Shown: positions 1 to 7,708 of the stretch, piece after piece | Position numbering within the stretch: the stretch's first letter is position 1 | Layout of the letters: each line of letters opens with the position of its first letter | Assembly: GCA_038252885.1 (NCBI GenBank) | Contig: JBBRZY010000001.1 | Location: 1-26,605 of the forward strand | Length of the DNA stretch: 26,605 nt | Origin: Anaerolineales bacterium | Lineage (GTDB): Bacteria > Chloroflexota > Anaerolineae > Anaerolineales > UBA6663 | Direction of reading: 5' to 3' | Position numbers and translations under genes: made by a program | The notes under the pieces: generated by a model | What the model was told of the DNA's origin: nothing | Database searches by the model: none | Seen by the model: only the letters and a program-made list of their open reading frames with translations

Positions 1-80
1 CGGACGAGGGCGCGGATGAGCCTGACCCAGCGCCTAGCACTGACCCCGCCGGGCCAGAGGTTTTTGCCCCTAAACTGAAA
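1..80. repeat. 80-bp direct repeat, copy 1 (probably truncated by the window edge)
   Basis: Gap-free match to 26515-26594 with 6 mismatches (positions 23,39,50,56,65,71). Confidence 0.95.
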
Positions 81-87
81 TACTCCC

Positions 88-125
88 GCACAAGAAAGAA
101 CACTGACAGCACAAGAAAGAACACT
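88..125 (+). repeat. 17-bp tandem direct repeat GCACAAGAAAGAACACT (period 21)
   Basis: Identical copies at 88-104 and 109-125. Confidence 0.9.
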
Positions 126-131
126 TGTTCT
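118..131. promoter_or_regulatory. LexA/SOS-box-like palindrome AGAAC-ACTT-GTTCT
   Basis: Matches the GAAC-N4-GTTC LexA motif of Firmicutes/Actinobacteria/Chloroflexota; overlaps a putative -35. Confidence 0.6.
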
Positions 132-153
132 TATGTGCCAATCCGTTTATACT
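125..153 (+). promoter_or_regulatory. sigma70-type promoter for the VOC gene
   Basis: TTGTTC (125-130), 17-bp spacer, TATACT (148-153). Confidence 0.55.
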
Positions 154-215
154 GGCGGCCAGCTGGCTACAATTACATCCGTACCCCCTACTGGTTGGCC
201 AAGGCAGGAGGCCCC

Positions 216-713
216 ATGCACAAGATCACGCCGTATCTGTGGTTCGACAAGGAAGCCGAGGAGGCCGCCAAGTTCTACGTGTCGGTATTCAAGAACTCGA
301 AGATCAACAAAATTTCGCGTTATGGCAGCGAGTTCACTGATGTCACCGGCCAATTGGAGGGTACGGTGCTGACGGTGGAGCTCGAAGTGGACGGCCAGCC
401 GCTGATGCTGCTCAACGGCGGCGACGGCGGGCCGCGGTTTAAGTTCACGGAGGCGTTCTCGCTGATGGTCAGCTGCGACTCGCAGGCCGAGGCCGATGAG
501 TATTGGTACAAGCTGACGGCCGACGGCGGCGAGGAGAGCATGTGCGGCTGGCTGAAAGACAAATACGGTCTGTCGTGGCAGATTACGCCGACGCGGCTGA
601 TGGAGCTGCTCAATGACCCGGACAAGGAAAGGGCCGGGCGGGCGACGAACGCGATGCTGGAGATGAAGCGGATCGATATTGCCGCGTTGGAGCGGGCAGC
701 GAACGGCGGGTAA
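216..713 (+). CDS. VOC family protein (PhnB / 3-demethylubiquinone-9 3-methyltransferase-like), 165 aa
   Basis: MHKITPYLWFD..AEEAAKFY.SVF and CGWLKDKYGLSWQI motifs; SD AGGAGG upstream of ATG 216, so the ORF-track start at 135 is too early. Confidence 0.9.
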   Translation: MHKITPYLWFDKEAEEAAKFYVSVFKNSKINKISRYGSEFTDVTGQLEGTVLTVELEVDGQPLMLLNGGDGGPRFKFTEAFSLMVSCDSQAEADEYWYKLTADGGEESMCGWLKDKYGLSWQITPTRLMELLNDPDKERAGRATNAMLEMKRIDIAALERAANGG

Positions 714-716
714 GAG

Positions 717-744
717 CAAAGAACAAAGAACAAAGAACAAAGAA
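717..744 (+). repeat. heptamer tandem repeat (CAAAGAA)x4
   Basis: Four consecutive copies directly after the VOC stop codon; the IS66 element inserted at its end. Confidence 0.9.
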
Positions 745-746
745 AG

Positions 747-2259
747 GTAACTACTCAGCGGTCCCAGGCACGAGACATGCTATAAACTGTGCAAATGCTT
801 AGCCGTGACGAAATTCTGACCGTCTACGCCGCTGGCCCGGAGGCGGTGGTGGCCCTGGTGGAGCAGTTGCAAGCCACCCAGGCTGAGTTGCGCCAGCAGG
901 TGCAGGCTTTGACCGTGCGCGTGGCCGAACTGGAAGCGCGCCTCAAGCAGGACAGCCACAACAGCCATCAGCCGCCGTCGAGTGACGGGCCGGCCAAGTT
1001 GCCGCCCCGGCGCAGCCAGCGCCGGCGCAGAGGTAAAAAGAGTGGCGGGCAACCAGGCCATCCGGGGGCGACCCTGGTGCAGGTCAAACAGCCCGATACC
1101 GTCGTGCCGCACGCAGCGAGTGCCTGCGGGCAGTGCGGCGCGGCGCTGACGGCCGCTCCGGTGGTGAAGCGCGAGCGCCGGCAAGTCATGGACTTGCCGC
1201 CCATCCGGCCCCAGGTGACCGAGCATCAGGTGCTGCACCAGTGTTGCCCAGCGTGTCAGGCGGTAACCAGCGGCCAGTTTCCGGCGGAGGTGACCCAGCC
1301 GATCCAATACGGACCGGACATCAAGGCGCTGGCGGTGTACCTGCAAGAGTATCAGCATCTGCCGTTTGAGCGCACCCAGGAATTCTTTCAGGACGTCTGC
1401 CACCTGCCCTTGTCGGAAGGCACCCTGGCAGAGGCGCGCGCGACCTGCGCCGAGCGCCTGGAACCGGTCGAAACAGCCATTAAACAGGCCTTGAGTGAAG
1501 CGCCGGTCGTGCATTGCGACGAGACCGGCATGCGCGTCGCCGGCCACACCGACTGGCTGCACGTGGTCAGCACAGCCAGCTTGACTTACCTCGCCCGGCA
1601 TGCCAAACGCGGCCGGGAAGCCATGACGGCCATTGGCCTGTTGCCCATCTTCAAGGGCACGGCGATGCACGATGGACTGGGGGCCTACTTCCGATATGGC
1701 TGCCGGCATGCGCTCTGCAATGTCCACCTGCTGCGCGATCTGACCGCCGTGAGCGAGATCACCCGCCAGCGCTGGCCGCAGGGCCTGGCCGACTTGCTGC
1801 TGGGGATCAAGGCCAGTGTGGCGCGTGCCGTGGCGGCCGGTCATAAGCAGTTGACCGCCCGCCAAATCAAGACCTTCACCGACCAGTATCAGCACTTGTT
1901 CCAAACCGGACTGCGCGCCAACCCGCCGCCCAGCCGCACTGGCCGGCGCGGCCACCCCCGCCAGGGTCCAATTCGCAGCCTGCTCCTGCGGCTCAAGAAA
2001 CATCAGACTGCGGTCTTGGCTTTCATGCACGATTTCCGCGTCCCGTTCGACAACAACCAAGCCGAGCGCGACCTGCGCATGGCCAAGGTCCGCCAGAAAA
2101 TCGGCGGCGGTTTTCGCAGTCAGCGCGGAGCCGATATTTTCTGCCGCATCCGCGGCTACATCGCCACCATGCGCAAGCAGGGTCAAAACTCCTTGGCCGC
2201 GCTCCGCAGCGTTTTTGCCGGTCAAATCCTTATGCCCTGCCTGACCGCTGAGTAGTTAC
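747..2259 (+). mobile_element. IS66-family insertion sequence, single-ORF (ISBst12-type), 1513 bp
   Basis: Perfect 17-bp terminal inverted repeats GTAACTACTCAGCGGTC (747-763, 2243-2259); 8-bp target duplication AAAGAAAG (739-746, 2260-2267); no tnpA/tnpB. Confidence 0.95.
795..2255 (+). CDS. tnpC: IS66 family DDE transposase, ~486 aa
   Basis: Leucine-zipper N-terminus, SxNSxxPPSSD motif, CxxC...CxxC zinc finger, DETG, HDG, PFDNNQAERDLRMAKVRQK; ATG 795 (GTG 789 alternative); stop inside the right IR. Confidence 0.93.
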   Translation: MLSRDEILTVYAAGPEAVVALVEQLQATQAELRQQVQALTVRVAELEARLKQDSHNSHQPPSSDGPAKLPPRRSQRRRRGKKSGGQPGHPGATLVQVKQPDTVVPHAASACGQCGAALTAAPVVKRERRQVMDLPPIRPQVTEHQVLHQCCPACQAVTSGQFPAEVTQPIQYGPDIKALAVYLQEYQHLPFERTQEFFQDVCHLPLSEGTLAEARATCAERLEPVETAIKQALSEAPVVHCDETGMRVAGHTDWLHVVSTASLTYLARHAKRGREAMTAIGLLPIFKGTAMHDGLGAYFRYGCRHALCNVHLLRDLTAVSEITRQRWPQGLADLLLGIKASVARAVAAGHKQLTARQIKTFTDQYQHLFQTGLRANPPPSRTGRRGHPRQGPIRSLLLRLKKHQTAVLAFMHDFRVPFDNNQAERDLRMAKVRQKIGGGFRSQRGADIFCRIRGYIATMRKQGQNSLAALRSVFAGQILMPCLTAE

Positions 2260-2304
2260 AAAGAAAGAGAAAAAGAAAACTGTAGGGCAGGGGGAGCTGT
2301 TAGT

Positions 2305-2352
2305 AAAAATGGACGCAGGCACAGTCGCATGAATGGCTGTGCCTGCGTTTGG
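2305..2352. terminator. probable bidirectional intrinsic terminator
   Basis: 14-bp stem ACGCAGGCACAGTC / GGCTGTGCCTGCGT (2313-2348, one G-U) with flanking A/T runs, between convergent genes. Confidence 0.75.
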
Positions 2353-2376
2353 TTAAGGCCGAGACGGTGGGGCGAC

Positions 2377-3990
2377 TCAGGCGCGGCGGGTGTGCGCTTG
2401 CAGCTTGTCGGCGGCGAGACGGCGCAGGGGCTCGGGCAGGCCGAGGCTGGGGCTGGCAAGCGCGGTGGCGATGGCGGTGAAGATGTCTGGCGCGGCGGCG
2501 GCAAGCTCGCCGAGCAGGCGGCCGAGGCGCTGGGGATTGGCGGAGAGGCCCTTGCGGGCCTCGGTCTCGAGGCGCTGGACGGTCTGCTGCAATTCGTCGG
2601 GGTCAACGGCCGGGGCGGGCGGGCGGGCAGCCACTTGCCGGTGGAATTGGCGGAAGGCTTCGGTGAGCGCTTGGCCCGGCTGGGGGTCGGCGGTGGGGGT
2701 GGTGGTGAGCTTGTCGCCGCCGACGAGGTCGCCGCCGATAGTGACCGGCGCTCCAAAATAAGAGCCCTCGACGTGCAGGCCCCCAGTAACCACGCTGCCG
2801 CCGATGTGAGCGCCAGAGCCGATGCTGATGCTGCCCGAGCCGGCGGGGGTGGCTGGGGCGCCGGACGCGGGCGGGGCGGGCTCGGGCACCGACCACAGGC
2901 GGTCGCCTTCGACGCGCAGGAAGAGCACGGGCGTGGCGAAGACGGCCAGGTCGGGGGCTTGATCGAATAGGACGGCGCGGGCGCGGGTGAGGGCGGTCTC
3001 GACTTCGCCGGCCTCACTGCCGCTGAGCAGCGCGCGATAGAAGCCGGCGGCAAACGCCTGGGCGGCCCAGTCGAAGATATCCCACTGCATGGCGATGACG
3101 GCCGGCACGCCCTGGCCGGCCAGGCGCGGGGCCAGGCCAAGCAGCGCCTGGGCCGAGTCGGCGGCGGCACCCTGGCAGGCGTTGAGCACGACCAGCCGGA
3201 CGCTGTCTTGATTGCGGAAGAAGCCGGCCACCAGGCCGGCGGGCGCGGGCAGGGGGTCGCCCTGGTCGTCGGTCAGCAGCAGGCTGGGTTGGCCGTCTTC
3301 AAAGCGGCCGTGGCCGATGAAGTGGACGATGTGGGGCTGGTGATCGCTGAGGGCGGTGCGGATGGCGTCTTCGGTGACGATATCGGCCAGCCAGGTGAGC
3401 GCAACCAGCGGCTGGGCGCCGGCCGGTGCGCGGCGGTTGGCGGCGGCCACGGCCTCGTCGAGCGCGGCGCGGTGCTGGGCGGAGTCTACCCCGGCGGCGC
3501 GCGGCAGTAGGGCCAGCAGCCGCAGCGGGCGCAGCGGTTCGAGGCGCGGCACACGCAGCTTGAGGTTGAGGTAGCGGGTGACGACGGTGTCGGTGGAGAT
3601 GGCGAGCGGCTCATGGTCGTCGGGCCGCCAGAGCAACTCCCACGGCAGGGCGTTGAGCTCGGGGGCCAGCAGGCGCAGGCGGAGGCGCAGGCCGTGATCG
3701 TCTTGGGCGGCGGCGACGCTGCGGGCGTTGTCGAAGAGTTGGCCGATCTCGCCGGGGAGCAGGGCGGCGGCCAGGCGCTCGCCCAGGGCGCGCAGCGCGG
3801 CGGCGTCGGCGGTGCCGGCGCGCACGGCGTTCAGCGCGGCTTGCAGGGCCGGGTCGGCCGGGTCGAACGGGCTGAGCGGCTCGGGCCGGCCGACGGCAGG
3901 GGCCTGGCCGACGCTGGCGCACTCGGCGCGCAGCGGATAGCCGCCGGGGAGGCGCTGGCCGACGAAGAGATCAAAGGACAGGTAGTGCAT
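2377..3990 (-). CDS. CHAT (caspase-like) domain protein with Gly-rich low-complexity segment and C-terminal helical domain, 537 aa
   Basis: LPWELL, HIVHFIGHG (catalytic His) and LVVLNACQGA (catalytic Cys), VIAMQW and FAAGFYRAL motifs; SD GGAGG; TATAAT at 4017-4022. Confidence 0.88.
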   Translation of the reverse strand: MHYLSFDLFVGQRLPGGYPLRAECASVGQAPAVGRPEPLSPFDPADPALQAALNAVRAGTADAAALRALGERLAAALLPGEIGQLFDNARSVAAAQDDHGLRLRLRLLAPELNALPWELLWRPDDHEPLAISTDTVVTRYLNLKLRVPRLEPLRPLRLLALLPRAAGVDSAQHRAALDEAVAAANRRAPAGAQPLVALTWLADIVTEDAIRTALSDHQPHIVHFIGHGRFEDGQPSLLLTDDQGDPLPAPAGLVAGFFRNQDSVRLVVLNACQGAAADSAQALLGLAPRLAGQGVPAVIAMQWDIFDWAAQAFAAGFYRALLSGSEAGEVETALTRARAVLFDQAPDLAVFATPVLFLRVEGDRLWSVPEPAPPASGAPATPAGSGSISIGSGAHIGGSVVTGGLHVEGSYFGAPVTIGGDLVGGDKLTTTPTADPQPGQALTEAFRQFHRQVAARPPAPAVDPDELQQTVQRLETEARKGLSANPQRLGRLLGELAAAAPDIFTAIATALASPSLGLPEPLRRLAADKLQAHTRRA

Positions 3991-4064
3991 GGGCGGCCTC
4001 CGAAAGACGTGCGCCGATTATACGGGCGAACGCGGAAGGCAGGCGATACGCTGCGCAAGGTTGT

Positions 4065-4090
4065 GAAAGGGCCTGGCAATGCCAGGCCCT
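4065..4090 (-). terminator. probable terminator after higA
   Basis: 10-bp perfect stem AGGGCCTGGC-att-GCCAGGCCCT with a short T tail on the minus strand. Confidence 0.55.
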
Positions 4091-4122
4091 GGTCGCGTCG
4101 AGGGGGTGATACCAGCCGGCTG

Positions 4123-4434
4123 CTAGGCTGAGGCCGGCATGTGCCGATGGATTGATTTGAGCGTGTCTTGTTCGGTTTGCTGGGCTTGATACAAATCCCA
4201 ACGCAGTTGCACCGCCAGCCAGAAATCGGCCGACATGCCAAAGAACTTGCTCAAGCGCAGGGCGGTGCTGGGCGTGATGCCGCGCCGGCCATTGACGATT
4301 TCATTAATGCGCTGATAGGGAACGCGAATGGCGTCGGCCAGTTCGCGTTGCGTGAGCTGCATGGGGGCGAGAAATTCTTCCAGCAGCATTTCGCCGGGAT
4401 GCGTGGGCATGCGATGGGAGGGGACGCGTACCAT
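4123..4434 (-). CDS. higA: HigA family addiction-module antitoxin (HTH), 103 aa
   Basis: PTHPGEMLLEEFL, LTQRELADAI, RINEIVNGRRGITPSTALRLSKFFGMSADFW motifs. Confidence 0.93.
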   Translation of the reverse strand: MVRVPSHRMPTHPGEMLLEEFLAPMQLTQRELADAIRVPYQRINEIVNGRRGITPSTALRLSKFFGMSADFWLAVQLRWDLYQAQQTEQDTLKSIHRHMPASA

Positions 4435-4457
4435 GGTGACACCTATACTTTCCTGGC

Positions 4458-4751
4458 CTAGTGATAGTCGGCGATTTCGACTTGATCTGGGCCATTTTTC
4501 GACCAGCGGAAACAGAGCCGATATTGGTCGTTGATCCGAATACTGAACTGTCCGGTGCGATTGCCTGAAAGCGCTTCAAGCCGATTGCCAGGTGGAATAC
4601 GCAACTCAGCTAATTGGGTCACCGAGTCGAGTTGATCGAGTTTTCGAGCGGCGACTCTCCATACCGATTGGGGGCATGTCTTGCGAGCCGCCGGGCTGTT
4701 TTTGCCGTTGAAAACGTCTTCGGTGCCGGCGTCTCGGAAGGCAACGATCAT
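4458..4751 (-). CDS. higB: HigB (RelE/ParE superfamily, killer-type) toxin, 97 aa
   Basis: LRIPPGNRLEALSGNRTGQFSIRINDQYRLCFRW...VEIADYH; toxin upstream of antitoxin as in higBA. Confidence 0.93.
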   Translation of the reverse strand: MIVAFRDAGTEDVFNGKNSPAARKTCPQSVWRVAARKLDQLDSVTQLAELRIPPGNRLEALSGNRTGQFSIRINDQYRLCFRWSKNGPDQVEIADYH

Positions 4752-4757
4752 AATGCT

Positions 4758-4786
4758 AGGATAGCATGGTTGTCATGCTATGGCAA
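4758..4786 (-). promoter_or_regulatory. higBA promoter with palindromic operator; predicted leaderless mRNA
   Basis: TTGCCA-17bp-TATCCT, then 6 nt to the ATG; 8-bp inverted repeat ATAGCATG-N5-CATGCTAT (4761-4781) covers the spacer and -10. Confidence 0.75.
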
Positions 4787-4883
4787 TCCTTTGAGGATGT
4801 TGAAATTTGTATGGCAACCGGTGCGATGCCCCTGCAAGTCATTGGTGCTTTCATCGGCTACCAAATAGCACGGCAGCCTGGAC

Positions 4884-5149
4884 CTACTGATAGACGTCCG
4901 GCCGGCGATCATTGAACACGGGGATGCGCTGACGCACTTCATCCACTTTCGACAAGTCAATGTCGGCGGTGAGCAGGGCTGCGGTGCTGCCGCCCTCGAC
5001 CACGGCCTCGCCCCAGGGGTCGATGAGGGCCGAGCCGCCGCCGAAGCGTTCGCCTTGGCTTTCGCCGACGCGGTTGACGCCGGCGACGAACATCTGGTTC
5101 TCGATGGCGCGGGCGCGCAGGAGGGTGTGCCAGTGGGCGGCGCGGCGGG
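4884..5149 (-). pseudogene. duplicated 3' fragment of the nitrilase-family gene
   Basis: Gap-free 266-bp match to 6020-6285; lacks the catalytic E/K/C-encoding part. Confidence 0.9.
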
Positions 5150-5350
5150 TTGTCGGATCATGCACTAGGCGGGATGCGCGGCGGCGGGCGGGCGCTGCTC
5201 AGAAAACTGGCGATCGGGTAAGCCCGCTGGTGAGACGCCTCCTAAAGGAGGCTTCGCGATCACCCGCTGAGAGGCAGCGCGGCGTCCGGCGACCTGAGGC
5301 GGGGTTCGGCGTGACAGCAAGGAAGGCCGGTAGCGCAGGGGGTGAACGCT

Positions 5351-5791
5351 TTAGGAGAGTTCCTCACTAAGCCCGACGATGAGGCCCTCTGGGCCGCGGA
5401 CGTAGGCGAGGCGATACATGGCCTCGTATTGGACCACTTCGCCGACCAGTTCGGCGCCGTGGGCCAGCAGACGCGCGACGAGGTCGTGGAGGTCGTCGAC
5501 GGCGAACATGAGGCGGCGCATTCCGAGTTCGTTGACCGGAGCGTTCTGGGGCCCAGTTCTGATCGCTGCTGGCGTGTGAAACTTGTCTAGTTCGATCCGA
5601 CCGTGGCCGTCTGGAGTGCGCAGCAGCACGAGGGTAGCGCGGACGTTCTGAAGGCCAATGAGACGATCTACGGAGGGGCCCTCGACGGTGGTCTCGCCTT
5701 CTAACTCGAGTCCGAGATCGAGAAAGAAGGCCTTCGCGGCTTCGAGGTCGTCGACGACGATGAGGATGTTGTCTAAGCGCTGGATGGTCAT
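5351..5791 (-). CDS. VOC / glyoxalase family protein, 146 aa
   Basis: RLDNILIVVDDLEAAKAFF.DLGL, GRIELDKFHTP, MFAVDDL, RLAYVRGPEGLIVGLSEEL; no SD, TGcTAAAAT 6 nt upstream suggests a leaderless mRNA. Confidence 0.88.
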   Translation of the reverse strand: MTIQRLDNILIVVDDLEAAKAFFLDLGLELEGETTVEGPSVDRLIGLQNVRATLVLLRTPDGHGRIELDKFHTPAAIRTGPQNAPVNELGMRRLMFAVDDLHDLVARLLAHGAELVGEVVQYEAMYRLAYVRGPEGLIVGLSEELS

Positions 5792-6019
5792 GGCTGTATT
5801 TTAGCAGGGGCCGTGCGCGGCGGCGGCGCGCTGCGCGGCCACTACGAGGCAAGTAACGGTGCCATGGCCATGGCTCCCGCCTCCAGGGCACCCGCCTCCT
5901 GGGCGCTTGTTCGGCTTACTTGGCTGCTGGCGCGGCGGTTTGTTAGGCGAGGTTAGGAGAAATCGCAGAGTGCAAAACCACAGGGCTGCCGAGGGGTAGC
6001 TTGGACACGATAGCACCGG

Positions 6020-6802
6020 CTATGGGTATATGTCTGGGCGGCGGTCCTCAAAGACGGGGATGCGCTGGCGGACCTCATCCACTTTTGCCAAATCAATCTC
6101 GGCGGTGAGCAGGGCTGCGGTGCTGTCGCCCTCGACCACGGCCTCGCCCCAGGGGTCGATGAGGGCCGAGCCGCCGCCGAAGAGTTCGCCTTGGCTTTCG
6201 CCGACGCGGTTGACGCCGGCGACGAACATCTGGTTCTCGATGGCGCGGGCGCGCAGGAGGGTGTGCCAGTGGGCGGCGCGGCGGGCGGGCCACTCGGCGG
6301 GGAGCAGGACGAGGCGCGCGCCGGCCAGGGCGTAGTGGCGGAACAACTCGGGGAAGCGCAGGTCGTAGCAGATGCTCAGGCCGGTGAGGCCCCACGCGGC
6401 CTCGACCAACTCCAGGCGCTCGCCGGGGGCCAGCCACTTGTCCTCATCCATCAGTCGGAAGAGGTGGGTCTTGCGGTAGGTGGCGCTGAGCAAACCGGCG
6501 GCATCGAACAGCGCCAGGGCGTTGTAGGCGCGGCCGTGGCGCGCCTCGAGCACGGAGCCGGCCAGGGCAATGCGGTGCTCACGCGCCAGCGCGGCCAGGC
6601 GGGCGAACAAGCCCTCACCCGGTGGGCTGGCGTGGCGCGGCCAGTTTTCGAGGTCGTAGCCGGTCGACCACAGCTCGGGGAAGATCACCAGCGCCGACCC
6701 GCGCCGCGCGGCCTCGGCCGTCCAGGCGGCTACGCGCTCGAAGTTGGCTTCCACGTCGCCCAGCTTTACATCCATTTGGCCCAGCGAAATGTTTAGCGGC
6801 AT
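6020..6802 (-). CDS. carbon-nitrogen hydrolase (nitrilase superfamily, Nit1/YafV-like amidase), 260 aa
   Basis: Catalytic triad motifs FPELW, YRKTHLF, ICYDLRFPE; SD GGAG before ATG 6802 (ORF-track start 7183 overlaps the SDR). Confidence 0.92.
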   Translation of the reverse strand: MPLNISLGQMDVKLGDVEANFERVAAWTAEAARRGSALVIFPELWSTGYDLENWPRHASPPGEGLFARLAALAREHRIALAGSVLEARHGRAYNALALFDAAGLLSATYRKTHLFRLMDEDKWLAPGERLELVEAAWGLTGLSICYDLRFPELFRHYALAGARLVLLPAEWPARRAAHWHTLLRARAIENQMFVAGVNRVGESQGELFGGGSALIDPWGEAVVEGDSTAALLTAEIDLAKVDEVRQRIPVFEDRRPDIYP

Positions 6803-6849
6803 AGCGGCTCCATCCCTTGTCAATCTAATTTGGTCGCCAAAAGCAACCG

Positions 6850-7701
6850 CTACATTCGGTTGCCGCCGCCCACGCGAATGACCTGGCCGGTGATCCAGCG
6901 GGCCTGGTGCGAGGCCAGGAAGACGGCCACGTCGGCGATGTCGTCCGGCTGGCCGACGCGGCCCAGCGGCGAGGCGGCCGCGATCACTGCGTCTAGCTCG
7001 GGGGTGATCCAATCGGTTTGGATGGGGCCGGGCGAGATGACATTGACGGTAATGCCATAGCGGCCCAACTCGTAGGCGGCGGTGCGACTGTACGACTCGA
7101 GCGCGGCCTTGCTGGCGGCATAGCTGGCTTCGGACGGGAAGACGTCGGCGCCATCGGTGCTCAGGTTGAGAATGCGGCCCCACTGGGCGTGGCGCGCCGC
7201 GTGCCGCCGCGCAAACTCGGCCATGAGCAGGGCCACGGCGCGCGTGTTGACGGCGAAATGCGGGTCAATGGTTTCAGGCGAGAGCGTGACCGCGCTGGGC
7301 GGCCAAACCGCAGGGCCGGCGGGCGGCGGCGGATCGGGGCGCACGGTGTCGGCCTGCCAATGGGCGGCGTTATTAATCAGAATTTCCACCGGGCCCAGGC
7401 GGGCTTCGGCCTCGTCGAATAGGGCAGGCAGATTGGCCGGGTCGGCCAGGTCGGCTTCCCAGGCGACGGCCCGGCCGCCGCGGGCGTGAATGGCGGCCAG
7501 CACCGCCTCGGCCCCGCCGGCATGGTCGGCCTGGTAGGCGGCGCCGGCCCCGTGGGTGAGCGACGCGGGCAAGCGCCAGAAGTGAAGCAGCACGGCGCAG
7601 CCCTGAGCGGCGAGGGCTTGCGCACAGGCCGCGCCAATGCCGTGGGGGTTGTTCGCGCCGGTGACGACGGCCACTTTTCCGGCTAACTGGGGGTTGAGCA
7701 T
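6850..7701 (-). CDS. SDR family oxidoreductase, ~283 aa
   Basis: VVTGANNPHGIG Rossmann motif, INNAA, YAASK, VNVISPGPIQT, WITGQVIRVGGG. Confidence 0.9.
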   Translation of the reverse strand: MLNPQLAGKVAVVTGANNPHGIGAACAQALAAQGCAVLLHFWRLPASLTHGAGAAYQADHAGGAEAVLAAIHARGGRAVAWEADLADPANLPALFDEAEARLGPVEILINNAAHWQADTVRPDPPPPAGPAVWPPSAVTLSPETIDPHFAVNTRAVALLMAEFARRHAARHAQWGRILNLSTDGADVFPSEASYAASKAALESYSRTAAYELGRYGITVNVISPGPIQTDWITPELDAVIAAASPLGRVGQPDDIADVAVFLASHQARWITGQVIRVGGGNRM

Positions 7702-7708
7702 GAGACGG

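Noticed and set aside
1-80. Hammerhead-like words (GATGAG, GAAA) in the terminal repeat
   Set aside because: The core reads CGGATGAG rather than CTGATGA, and the required three stems could not be built.
3-215. Open frame extending the VOC gene to the window start
   Set aside because: A strong SD and family-typical N-terminus at ATG 216, plus promoter and operator motifs in this stretch, argue against an N-terminal extension.
88-744. Short repeats as a CRISPR array
   Set aside because: Only two 17-bp copies with a 4-nt gap and a heptamer microsatellite; no spacers or cas genes.
780-2225. 481-aa antisense ORF over the transposase
   Set aside because: Shadow frame of a GC-rich gene; no recognisable motifs; the plus strand is a clear IS66 transposase.
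5850-5960. GTTAGGC / GCCTAAC heptamers resembling integron attC cores, near cassette-like higBA and VOC genes
   Set aside because: No matching RYYYAAC...GTTRRRY pair with inner inverted repeats, no repeated array and no integrase.
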